Positions 1-9,719 of a DNA stretch of 64,000 nucleotides are shown in pieces. Position numbers and translations under genes: made by a program. Source of the stretch: Schizochytrium sp. TIO01 (taxonomy: Eukaryota; Protista; Bigyra: Labyrinthulomycetes); NCBI GenBank assembly GCA_004764695.1, contig SMSO01000031.1, positions 3,944,436-4,008,435 of the forward strand, read 5' to 3'. Position 1 is the stretch's first letter. Every line of letters starts with the position of its first letter. Below the pieces are notes generated by a model. The model searched no databases and was not told where the DNA came from. It saw nothing but the letters and a program-made list of their open reading frames with translations.

Positions 1-2565
1 TGCGAAAACGCCAGGACATGCAGAGAACGTGGACCCGGGGCAACGAACAGAGTTGTTTGGAAGTCATCTACAACGGCAGTCCTCAGGAGAATTCTCACAA
101 AGTGTAGATAATGTGAAAATGGTGTCCTCCTATAGGGACCTTTACATTGCCATTAAAAATGCTGGAAAGTTTCTTTATGATGAGGGGCTATCTGTACATC
201 ATTTGGCTCGAGCGAGGAACTATAGCATGAAGGCAAATAACATTGCCTCGAGCGCATAGGAGGCTGTCCATGAAAAGATGATACATCGAAGGGTCAGTCT
301 CAGACCTACAAATTACTTCTTCATTTTTTCACAATATCTTCTTATTAAATTACTACCTGCCTAGAAAGTATGCAAAATAAAATATAAGGTATAAAAAAAA
401 CACACAAACAGGTATATCTTATTTCCTCATAAGCTTGAAAAACTTGCAAGTTTCATGATGTCCCATTTCACGCATGATTTAATTGTGATACTTGTAGCCT
501 TGTAGTTTGATTGATCAAATTAGAGAGCATTTTCAAGTATCATATTGACATAAATACTTCTCTAAATTTGTTAGTATCCAAATTAGAATGAGGTTTTTCG
601 CTGGTCTAGCAAAAAAGAAAGCTTCAAGAAGTAAACAATGACCAAGGCGTGTTTTAAAATTTTATTATTCAGTGCTTTTTACCTTATGCCAAATCATTAC
701 GAGGGTCAAGAATGTATAAGTCTAACCAATGGTCTATGAGTCACACTGTATCCAGATAAACGGAAAATATTTGAGTCTTTGTGGCGTGAGTAATCTTAAT
801 AGGTTTTAGTCAGAGCTGGCACCAAGACAAAGAAATGAGAGGCCTGAGAGGGGCATTTATTCACATTTTCTATTAAATAGCTTAGCTGTTTTCGATTGGA
901 ACTACAATAATGGTATAGGTTTTGCTGTCAGAGACGTCAAAACTTTTGAAGGTAAATTCCTCGCCTTGTCCGCTTGTCAACATTTGTTGGTTGCATTTTG
1001 TCAACTAAATACAAAAACAAGAGTTTTAAGCATCCTATTCAAAATTACTCCTATTACTTGAGTATTTTAAATAGTTAGAGGCCCACTCTCAGTACAGGCT
1101 AATCTTCTTAATCTTAAACCTACATTCAGTTACATAGGTACCTGTTTTTAGTATCTAATATATACCAATTATAATAGGCCCATTGCGCAAACCATTAGAC
1201 CATTTGCCCATGTAGACGTCATCATTGTTCAGTAAGGAAAAATAAATATTAACATTAGCTTATACACTGTTTATACTGCTGTTAATATTACTAGTATATA
1301 TATATTTTTTCTTAATTTTTAAATCCCTCCCCCAAAGAATAAATAAACAAATTAATGTGACCTTATTTTTATAGACTTATTCATGTCAATGTTTCCGAAA
1401 CAGGGTAGATATGAACTACATCTATAGAAAAGTACCTGACCTGTTCCATCATGGTTTGCCTTCTTCTTCTCTACCATGGTCTATTCATGATGTCTTTTCA
1501 GAAATGGCATCAGAATGGCATTCTGTATTCATCATATTATGATGAACGAATATAGGAATAGACAATATAAATAATTCCTTTTTGACGCGAGCAACAAAAA
1601 AGGTCTGTATACACGAAAGACCAACATACTCTGCTTTCCATTAACCTATACAAAAATATTGGCCCTCTAGCTCAGTCAATGAAACAATCTAGCTGTCAGC
1701 TATATAGTTATAGCTGTTGGCAGACATGCATGCTCTAGAAACCACATTTTGAGCGCAGCTGAAAGATGTGACGCGTACTATAAGTATTTTTGTTCTCACT
1801 TTCTGCTGAGTCGAGATTTTTATTTATTTTTTTAAATCTTAAAATAAAACAAAATAAATATATAAATTAATTAAAACATTAAAACATGAGTTTTTTTCTC
1901 GCAAGATGTATGTAATTCAAAACAGAGTTTGTTTGTTGATTGACATCGCCGGAAGGAGCTAAGTAAGACAGGTTAAAGGTATACTTACGTTTTTATAATG
2001 GTGCATATCATGGTGCAGTTGTTCTCTATTTTATTGTCCTGTTAAACAAGCCTGCCGTTCTTTGCCAAAATCAGAGTTGAGCAATAGGTCTAGAAAGAAA
2101 AAGGTCGTACCAATAGAAGTACACAGACCTACCTAAATAGGACCTATATACTTATTACTTTAGTATAGAGTTATTGGTATTCTTATATTAAAGACAAAAC
2201 CAAATAACAACAATTAAAAGGTTACTGCTATGCTAATTAGTTAGGAGTTAGAGTTGAGAGTAGTAGAAAATGAAAAAATGAAACAAAAAACAAAAAACAA
2301 AAAATACTGATATGATTGTGTAACAATCATAGAAGGACATCACTGCCCAGGTGGCAGGCAGTCACCGATTGTGTGAGCCTAGTAGGGCGTTGGCGAGGCG
2401 CTGGCCTGCATTGACATCGGAGTCGTCACAACGACTCTCATACGCATTTTGGTCTCTTTTTGCTTCTAAAAGATCTCGAAGAGTGAAGGCTCGTGAGTCG
2501 CAACTTCTTTCTGCTTTGTGTTTGCCCCTCACTGATTGTTTGCGCTCTTGTGCGCACAACAGAAC

Positions 2566-4614
2566 ATGTCAATGTTGGACTTTGGTGTACCCCTGCTTGC
2601 TCTTGTGGTCTTTGGCGTTCTTGCATTGAGTGCTGTGAAAACACTTCGATCAGCCTCCCCTACGAAGAGCATTGCAGGAGACGGGAACCCTGCTGAGAAC
2701 GGTAAACAGCTTGCCAAGGAAGAGAAGGATGACCGCGTTCCTGTGCACGTTTACTTCGGTAGCCAGACCGGCACAGCTGAAGGATTTGCTAAAGAGGTTG
2801 CCAAAGAAGTGAACGCAACGGGTCGGTTTAAGGCTCGTGTCGTGGATCTTGAAGATGCTGAGCGTAGTACAGACAAGATGGCCTGCCCTAAGCTTGCCCT
2901 GTTCTTCATGGCGACCTATGGTGAAGGTGATCCATGTGATAACTCTATTGACTTTATGCAATTCATCTCGAAGGACGCAGAGAACGGAGGTCCGCAAGAT
3001 GGCTGGGCCTCTGGCATTGGTTTCGCTGTGTTTGGTCTAGGCAACACTCAGTACGAGAAGTACAATGAAATGGGTAAGCGCGTGCACGCTCGCATGACTG
3101 CTCTTGGCGGTGTTGAGGTACACCCTCTTGGACTGGGCGACGATGACGATGATCTCGAGTCAGACCTTGAGAAGTGGCGCGAGGGCTTGATTGCCTCTAT
3201 GGCCAAATTTGCTTTTGGTGGTGATGATGCTGCAGCTATTGCGAACGGTAATGCAAATGGCCAAGGAAACCAAAACGGAGGCTTGCCTGTCGCCTCTTGG
3301 CACGCCACGTATGTCCCCAGCCCTGAGGATGCAACCCTTGCAGCTCGCCAGGGTCTGCTTGATAAGCCTGCTCCTGGAAACCAAAGCAGCCATGTAGACA
3401 TTTCTTCCCGCCCCTACTATCAGTGCACCCGTGCCACTGTGGTTGAGAACCACGAGCTTCGACAGGATACCTCCTCAGGAAATACAATCCACATCGAGTT
3501 TGATCTTAAAGATACTGGGGTTTCTTACAATACTGCTGACAACCTGACTGTTTGCGCAGCCAACGCCGATGCGCTCGTGACAAACACTGCTAAGCTCCTA
3601 AATCTTGATCTGGACCAGTGGTTCACCATGCAGCCTGTTATCATCGATGATGATAGCGGAGCTCCCAAGCCCCTCTTTCCTTCTCCGTGTACTGTTCGTA
3701 CTGCATTGACTTACTTCACTGACCTCAATGGTGCACCTGCGCGTTCTCTCCTGCAGCGTCTCTCTGGTTTCGTACGCCTTCCGGAGCATCGCGAACGTCT
3801 TCTTCACCTTGCTTCCCGTGACGGAAGCGCTGACTTCCACAAGACTGTTGTGGAGCGCAAATTGAGCATTGCCGAGATCTTTGAGACTTTTCCGAGCTTT
3901 GAAGTTAATGAAGATAACCTCGGAGTATTCTTTGAGGTTATGCCTCGCCTCAAGGGCCGTGAGTTCACTATTGCATCTTCCTCATCGAGCCATCCTAACT
4001 GTGTCGCTCTTACGGTGGGCATTGTCCGCGAGATGCGTAGTGAAAACCGTCCTTTCGATGGTGTGGCATCGACGTACTTGCACGGTCTCGAAGTTGGGTC
4101 GAGCGCTCTTATTTTGATCAAGGAATCAACATTCAAGATGCCAAAGGATCCGAAAACGCCCATCATTCTGATTGGACCTGGTACCGGTATTGCTCCAATG
4201 CGTGCATTTGTGCAGGAGCGTATCCACCAACGCTCTGTATTGGGTCTCGAGACTGGCGAGACTGTATTGTTTTTTGGCTGCAGGCGCGATGACGAGGATT
4301 TTCTGTACAAGGAAGAGCTCAAGCGGGCAATCGAGGCTGGTGCGCTTACCCGTCTTCACACTGCCTTCTCTCGTCAGCAGGCTGAGAAGGTTTATGTGCA
4401 GCACGTAATGGAACGCGAGCATGAAGAGATCTGGCGCTTGCTTGAGGCTGGTGCGCATGTTTATGTTTGCGGTGCTACATCGATGGGCAAGGATGTGAAC
4501 AGTGCCCTTGTTAAGGTTGCAAGTCAGCACCTCGGCGATGGTGCTGCAGGTGTTAAATTTGTTGCTGACATGCAGACTGAGCACAAGTACATCCAAGAAC
4601 TTTGGTCGTCATAG
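2566..4614 (+). CDS. CPR: NADPH-cytochrome P450 reductase (diflavin reductase)
   Basis: N-terminal TM anchor (FGVPLLALVVFGVLAL); FMN motifs FGSQTGTAEGFA, ATYGEGDP, FGLGNTQYEKYN; NADPH/FAD motifs IGPGTGIAPMRAF, FFGCR, AFSR, KVYVQ, YVCG; C-terminal ELWSS. First ATG at 2566 (the ORF track starts at TTG 2536). Confidence 0.95.
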   Translation: MSMLDFGVPLLALVVFGVLALSAVKTLRSASPTKSIAGDGNPAENGKQLAKEEKDDRVPVHVYFGSQTGTAEGFAKEVAKEVNATGRFKARVVDLEDAERSTDKMACPKLALFFMATYGEGDPCDNSIDFMQFISKDAENGGPQDGWASGIGFAVFGLGNTQYEKYNEMGKRVHARMTALGGVEVHPLGLGDDDDDLESDLEKWREGLIASMAKFAFGGDDAAAIANGNANGQGNQNGGLPVASWHATYVPSPEDATLAARQGLLDKPAPGNQSSHVDISSRPYYQCTRATVVENHELRQDTSSGNTIHIEFDLKDTGVSYNTADNLTVCAANADALVTNTAKLLNLDLDQWFTMQPVIIDDDSGAPKPLFPSPCTVRTALTYFTDLNGAPARSLLQRLSGFVRLPEHRERLLHLASRDGSADFHKTVVERKLSIAEIFETFPSFEVNEDNLGVFFEVMPRLKGREFTIASSSSSHPNCVALTVGIVREMRSENRPFDGVASTYLHGLEVGSSALILIKESTFKMPKDPKTPIILIGPGTGIAPMRAFVQERIHQRSVLGLETGETVLFFGCRRDDEDFLYKEELKRAIEAGALTRLHTAFSRQQAEKVYVQHVMEREHEEIWRLLEAGAHVYVCGATSMGKDVNSALVKVASQHLGDGAAGVKFVADMQTEHKYIQELWSS

Positions 4615-6031
4615 ACTCTTTTTGTTTGGGACCAATTTTATTGTGTTATTCAATGGTTTCTTGTATGGTTGATTTGAATTCTTGATCCTTTTCTTTTTGG
4701 AACCAGAGCTGCCTTCTTTACTTCTATTTTAGATATGATATGTGCAATCGCCGTCAAGGCACTATATGAATACAACATCACATCTCACTTCACTCTATGA
4801 AGGATTCAGGTTTCTTTAAAGGAAAATAAAGAGCGCCGTAGTTTTCACTTAGAGAAAAATATATTCGATGATGTAAGGTATCATCCTCGACAGTAGGTAG
4901 CATGCCAGCTTTAATGCGAAGTCAATATTTCTCTAAAATATAATGATAAATCCTATCTCTCCTCAAAGATCCTCCGCTTAACGCGCCAAAGATCCAATCT
5001 TAGATTATCTTCCTCGAGCACAGGTTCTTTCTGCTCAACAATAGCGTTGAGGCATTGCATTTGTACGTTAGGTTGTTTCAATACTAGACTTTTTGTTTTA
5101 CCTGGGAGTACAGGGGAGACGAAAGAGGTCTGGAGAATATGTTTCGTATCATGTTGGTAGATTTTGCCCAATTCTAACCAATGCACGTATCCTGTGAAAT
5201 AGAAAACCATCAGACCATTTTCTTAATATGAACAAGTTCATCTCATTATAGAGAACAAGAAAACTACTAGTAGTTTCAATATGAAAGCGAACATACCACT
5301 GAAGTTGCGAAAAGGTGACATGTTTCCTAGGTTTGTTGATCCCTTGGCGATTGATTATTGCAGAAAAACTAATAGAGGGAATTCCAAGGAATCAAATTTT
5401 ATATTGGATCAATTCGAATTAGTAGTCGTATGCGTGTCTCGCCTAGTGTTGCGCATAGCGGAACTACTCTCCCTTTTAAATTATTTAGAAGAAATTAATT
5501 ACATAGGTTTTAGGTTTTGGCTTTTGTAGGCAATAACAGGGTTATTGCGAGCAAGTGAGGCAAGGTTTAGTAATTGCAGTTTTCTCTTGTTTATCATGCC
5601 TTCAGAAATCTCACCATTTACGAAAAAAGTACAGCAGTATGAATATTGTGACCTATGTTGGGAAGAAGCTTGGGCGAAATCAAATATTCCAATATCTATA
5701 ATACTGACATCTTTCTAAATTAGAAGCGGATAAGTTTCATAGGAGGGATACCTGACCACGACATGGAGTGATAGGTTTTCAGAAATAGTAGTTATTAACT
5801 ATTTTCGGGCCTGGGCCTAGGCCTAGTTGTGGATGATCCCTTTGAATGAATAGGGTAATTTGACCTGAGTTTTTGCCCAAGTTAAATGTAGCAATGATCT
5901 TACCCAGTAGGTGGTTGGTAGTCCCTACTAGTGCTATATATCCAAGTAGTGGGCTGGTAGAAATAGGTAGAGTAGGTAGTACCTAGTCTTCTATCTGTTA
6001 TCATCTTTAGGCTGGAGAAAAACAGAAAAAC

Positions 6032-7306
6032 ATGTGCAAGCAGACCAAAGACACAAAATCAAAGCAGCGTGCAGTATCAGTAAGCACCAGCATGATGTTC
6101 TCCGGACTGATGGGTAGTGGTGACGATTCATCAAAGGAGTGCAAGAAACATGTTTCTGCAGTAGTAGATGAAGACATAACAACCGAGGCTTCTGCATTGC
6201 CACCAGTCGTGGAGACGAAGCCGAAGATGGCCAAAACGGCCGCAGGCGAGAAGTCTGATGAGGAGCACCCTTTTTTCCACTACTATGGGCAACTGGCACA
6301 TCAACAAAACATGTTGCAAGACCATACGCGCACAGGAACTTATCAGCGCGCTATTTACGAAAACCCCAGCGACTTTGAAGATAAGGTTGTCTTAGACGTG
6401 GGAACAGGTTCTGGTATTCTTGCAATCTTCGCAGCACGTGCTGGAGCTCGCAAAGTCTATGCAGTTGAAGCAAGCGATATGGCAGAGTCTGCCAAGCGTT
6501 TGGTGCAGGCCAATAACTTAGAAGGTGTAGTAGAGGTCATCAAGGGAAAGCTGGAGGATGTTGACCTGCCAGAAAAGGTAGATGTGATTATCTCGGAGCC
6601 CATGGGGTTTTTACTTGTCCACGAGCGCATGCTGGAGAGTTACGTACTTGGGCGCACACGCTTCCTTCGCGATGGCGTCGAGCCTAAAATGTTCCCGTCA
6701 AGAGGCACAATGTACTTTCTGCCTTTTTCTGATTACGGACTCTACGCCGAGCAATATGCCAAGGCTCAGTTTTGGGCCACAACAGACTTTTATGGCGTCG
6801 ATTTATCATCCCTGGTTGATGAGGCTGTAAAACAGCATTTTTTGCAGCCGGTAGTTGGTGTCTTTGATCCCTCCATTTTAATTTCGGATCAAGAGCGTCC
6901 CGCAACTTCGACAATTGATTTTGAGACTTCAGAGGTGGAGGAGATGCTTGATATCACAATTCCATTTGAGTTCCTTATTCACACAACGACTCTTTTGCAT
7001 GGTATTGCAGGCTGGTTTGATGTTGACTTTATTGGGAGTCACAAGACTATTACCTTAAGTACAGGGCCCTTCACACCTTTTACGCATTGGCACCAATGCC
7101 GTATGCTCCTTCCCGAGCCCATTGCTGTAAACAAGGGGCAAACCGTTGAGGGGACAATTCGTATGGTTGCCAACGAGAAGTTTTCTTACACTATCCACCT
7201 CGATGTACGCCTTCAGGGAACCAGTGTGCAATCTTCCAACACAATTCTCTTACAAGAGCAGTATTACCACTACCTTCAAGGATCACCTACATACAATGGA
7301 GAGTAG
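6032..7306 (+). CDS. CARM1: Type I protein arginine methyltransferase, CARM1/PRMT4-like
   Basis: YYGQLAHQQNMLQD..RTGTYQRAI (CARM1-type), motif I VLDVGTGSGIL, VYAVEAS, double-E loop IISEPMG..ERMLESY, THW loop THWHQ. The start could also be ATG 6092. Confidence 0.9.
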   Translation: MCKQTKDTKSKQRAVSVSTSMMFSGLMGSGDDSSKECKKHVSAVVDEDITTEASALPPVVETKPKMAKTAAGEKSDEEHPFFHYYGQLAHQQNMLQDHTRTGTYQRAIYENPSDFEDKVVLDVGTGSGILAIFAARAGARKVYAVEASDMAESAKRLVQANNLEGVVEVIKGKLEDVDLPEKVDVIISEPMGFLLVHERMLESYVLGRTRFLRDGVEPKMFPSRGTMYFLPFSDYGLYAEQYAKAQFWATTDFYGVDLSSLVDEAVKQHFLQPVVGVFDPSILISDQERPATSTIDFETSEVEEMLDITIPFEFLIHTTTLLHGIAGWFDVDFIGSHKTITLSTGPFTPFTHWHQCRMLLPEPIAVNKGQTVEGTIRMVANEKFSYTIHLDVRLQGTSVQSSNTILLQEQYYHYLQGSPTYNGE

Positions 7307-7937
7307 ATATCACGCGAAGAAATTGAGCCTTGCATGGCTAAGAGCAGATCTGTTTTACACGACGCAAAGGGTAGCTCGATTTCTTCAGTAGGTACCTTCA
7401 ATTAGGTCCACCTAAAATTAAAAATAGATTATCAACAGAAATGCAGTAAGTCCTTCACATGAAGTTTGTAGCCTAGTGCAGCAGGAAAGAATTTACGCAT
7501 AACTTCGACCTATAGGTTGCATCGACTGTCTATGTATAGATCATTGTACCTCACGGTACTGTACAAGACATTATTTTGGAATTCGGTTTCCCTCATTCTT
7601 TTCTACTACCGCCTTTCGAAGCAAAGAGGTTTACATTAAAATAGAGGGTCTTCAGCATAAGTTTCTATAGTATACGCTAATGTTCGTACAGAAACAAAGA
7701 TTTTCATCTATTTTTTCTTTAAGTTACCATGGTGCCTTGGTAGTAAAGCAAAGAAAAGATATTGTGAGACCTTCAGATTTATCTTGGATTTATAAATTTA
7801 TGAAATTGTTAACTTTCTCTGTTCGACGCAATCAATGCAAAAGATCTTTGCATAGGAGCTATGGTAGCAATTTGTCTCGAGCAACGAAGTCGAGTTTAGT
7901 TCCTTGGAGGTTCTTCAAATGTTCCTTATAACTATTC

Positions 7938-7945
7938 TTTATATA
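7938..7945 (+). promoter_or_regulatory. TATA box (TTTATATA) of a type-3 Pol III-like promoter for the U6-like gene
   Basis: TTTATATA lies about 30 nt upstream of the predicted G start of the U6-like RNA, the spacing typical of U6 promoters. Confidence 0.6.
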
Positions 7946-7968
7946 GTAATCATTCTTTCAATTGTTCT

Positions 7969-8077
7969 GCCTCTGGATTTCCGGAGGCACCAATGATTGG
8001 TATAAACACAGAGAACATCAGCATGGCCCCTGAGGAAGGACGACCATTCTAGACCTGAAAGTTACCTGCTTTTTTTT
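7969..8077 (+). ncRNA. U6: Divergent U6-like spliceosomal snRNA
   Basis: 5' hairpin GCCTCTGG-ATTT-CCGGAGGC; conserved ATTGG; ACAGAGA box 8008-8014; AGC triad 8020-8022; ISL ATGGCCCCT-GAGGA-AGGACGAC (canonical ATGGCCCCT-GCGCA-AGGATGAC); T8 terminator 8070-8077. Length about 109 nt, similar to U6. The exact 5' end is uncertain (7964-7969). Confidence 0.8.
8070..8077 (+). terminator. Oligo-T Pol III terminator of the U6-like gene
   Basis: Run of 8 T at the expected U6 3' end. Confidence 0.65.
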
Positions 8078-8542
8078 CCTGGTCTAACCTCAAATAGGCC
8101 ATTTTAATACTTCACTCACTAAATAGACTTCTCTTCATTCTTTAAATAATAACAGTAGTTTGGGATGCTTAGTAAGGAGAAAAGGATGTACAGGACAAGG
8201 TGTTTATTCGCCCTAACTAGTCGATCTTATTACGCCAAATCTAAAATAATGAGTGACTTTCTGATGGCAAAAGTGATAAGTTCATCTTACAGCGTGAGCC
8301 TTAATTGCAAAATTGAGATAGGCTTCATGAGAAAGTGTTTGACCAGAAATCACTAGGTTAGCCTGCCTCTATCAGATGGCACTTTACTAACATTTTTTTC
8401 TGTTTCTCGTGTTTTATTTTTGTTTATTCATTGGCAGGTTAATTTTATTATTTAATTTATATATGATGTATATATGATGGGTCATATATATCTTAAATAC
8501 TACTAGTAGAATATAGGCATATGCACTTAATTTTTTTAAAGT

Positions 8543-8546
<4 letters not shown>

Positions 8547-8573
<27 letters not shown>
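8547..8573. repeat. A27 homopolymer
   Basis: Directly visible. Confidence 0.95.
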
Positions 8574-8575
<2 letters not shown>

Positions 8576-9719
8576 GACGTAAACCCTACCACCTTAAAAC
8601 TACTCTTCGGAGTTCGCTGTTATATTGCTTTTGTTTACAAATTCAAGTATTCAGGATATCTCTGCTGACTGCTGACGTGAGCCAGAAACTTGGATGTAAA
8701 TCTTAACGCAACTCGGATTTATTTTTACAGAGTTTCTCTAGAATTGTTGATTGGATTGAGTGATGCCCTCCATGGAGAAAATTGGTTTAGGAAGATGATG
8801 TGTTGTTGTATTTCTGGGGATAATTGTTGTGTTTGAGTTACTCGTTCAAATAGAATGAACGGCCGGAGTAATGTGGACAGCGTCGAAATCCAGAGACATG
8901 GTAAGAAATTCCTAGGGCAAGTTCGTTCGAAAGTCTAATATAGTTACTCGTGCGTTGGAATACGGTCTTCCACAGCTTTGCACGGACCCCCGTGAATAAA
9001 GGGGCCTTTGTGCCTAATCTATGTCATAATTGGATCAAGAAAACTCAGGTAGTCCGTATCTACAGGTATCTTCCCCCCTAATTCATCAAATACCAAAAAT
9101 TGCATCTCACTTAAGTACAATGAATACCTTGATTCGAATCTTGATGGCAATTTCATTCATGTACCTATATTGTACAACGTTTCGTAAGCCTAAAGCTATT
9201 TATTTACTTATTTATTTATTTATTTTTCTCCAAAAGATAGTAAGATAATAAACTGCATCTATTGAGAAGTATTGTCTCTTGATACCTTTGATGACTTCGT
9301 AGCTTTTTTGTGTGTCATTTTGAAACAATTATACAAAAAAAAAAAAAAAGATTAAGAAGGTAAAGAAGAAGGACATGTGAGACATGAAGGATTGAAGTTC
9401 GTTTTCTTGATTATGACAGTGTTTTAGCTAAAACAAAAAATATGAACCAGAGATCTGGCCCCAGCTAAGTTAACTCTTTTTGCGTAGGAAACCAGGTTTT
9501 CAGCGTTCCGAAACGCATTGTTTGAGAAAATATCCGAGAGCCTTTTAGTTTTTACTTATATCTTTTTGCGAACGCACACACATGTTATCCAGGCAGCGAT
9601 CAATGATTCTATTCCCCTTTCATTCGTAGAGATGTGCCAAAGCAACGACAATGAGTTGTTGGCATGTGTTTAAAAAATGTGAAACCGAAATTTGACAGCG
9701 AGCTTCTTAGGAGACGATC

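Noticed and set aside
2-259. Frame open from the window edge (ORF 29..259)
   Set aside because: Could be the 3' end of an upstream gene, but there is no recognisable motif and it cannot be supported from this window.
1661-1740. GGCCCTCTAGCTCAGTC resembles a tRNA 5' end/A box
   Set aside because: No D-loop GG, no T-arm GTTCRA and no acceptor-stem complement.
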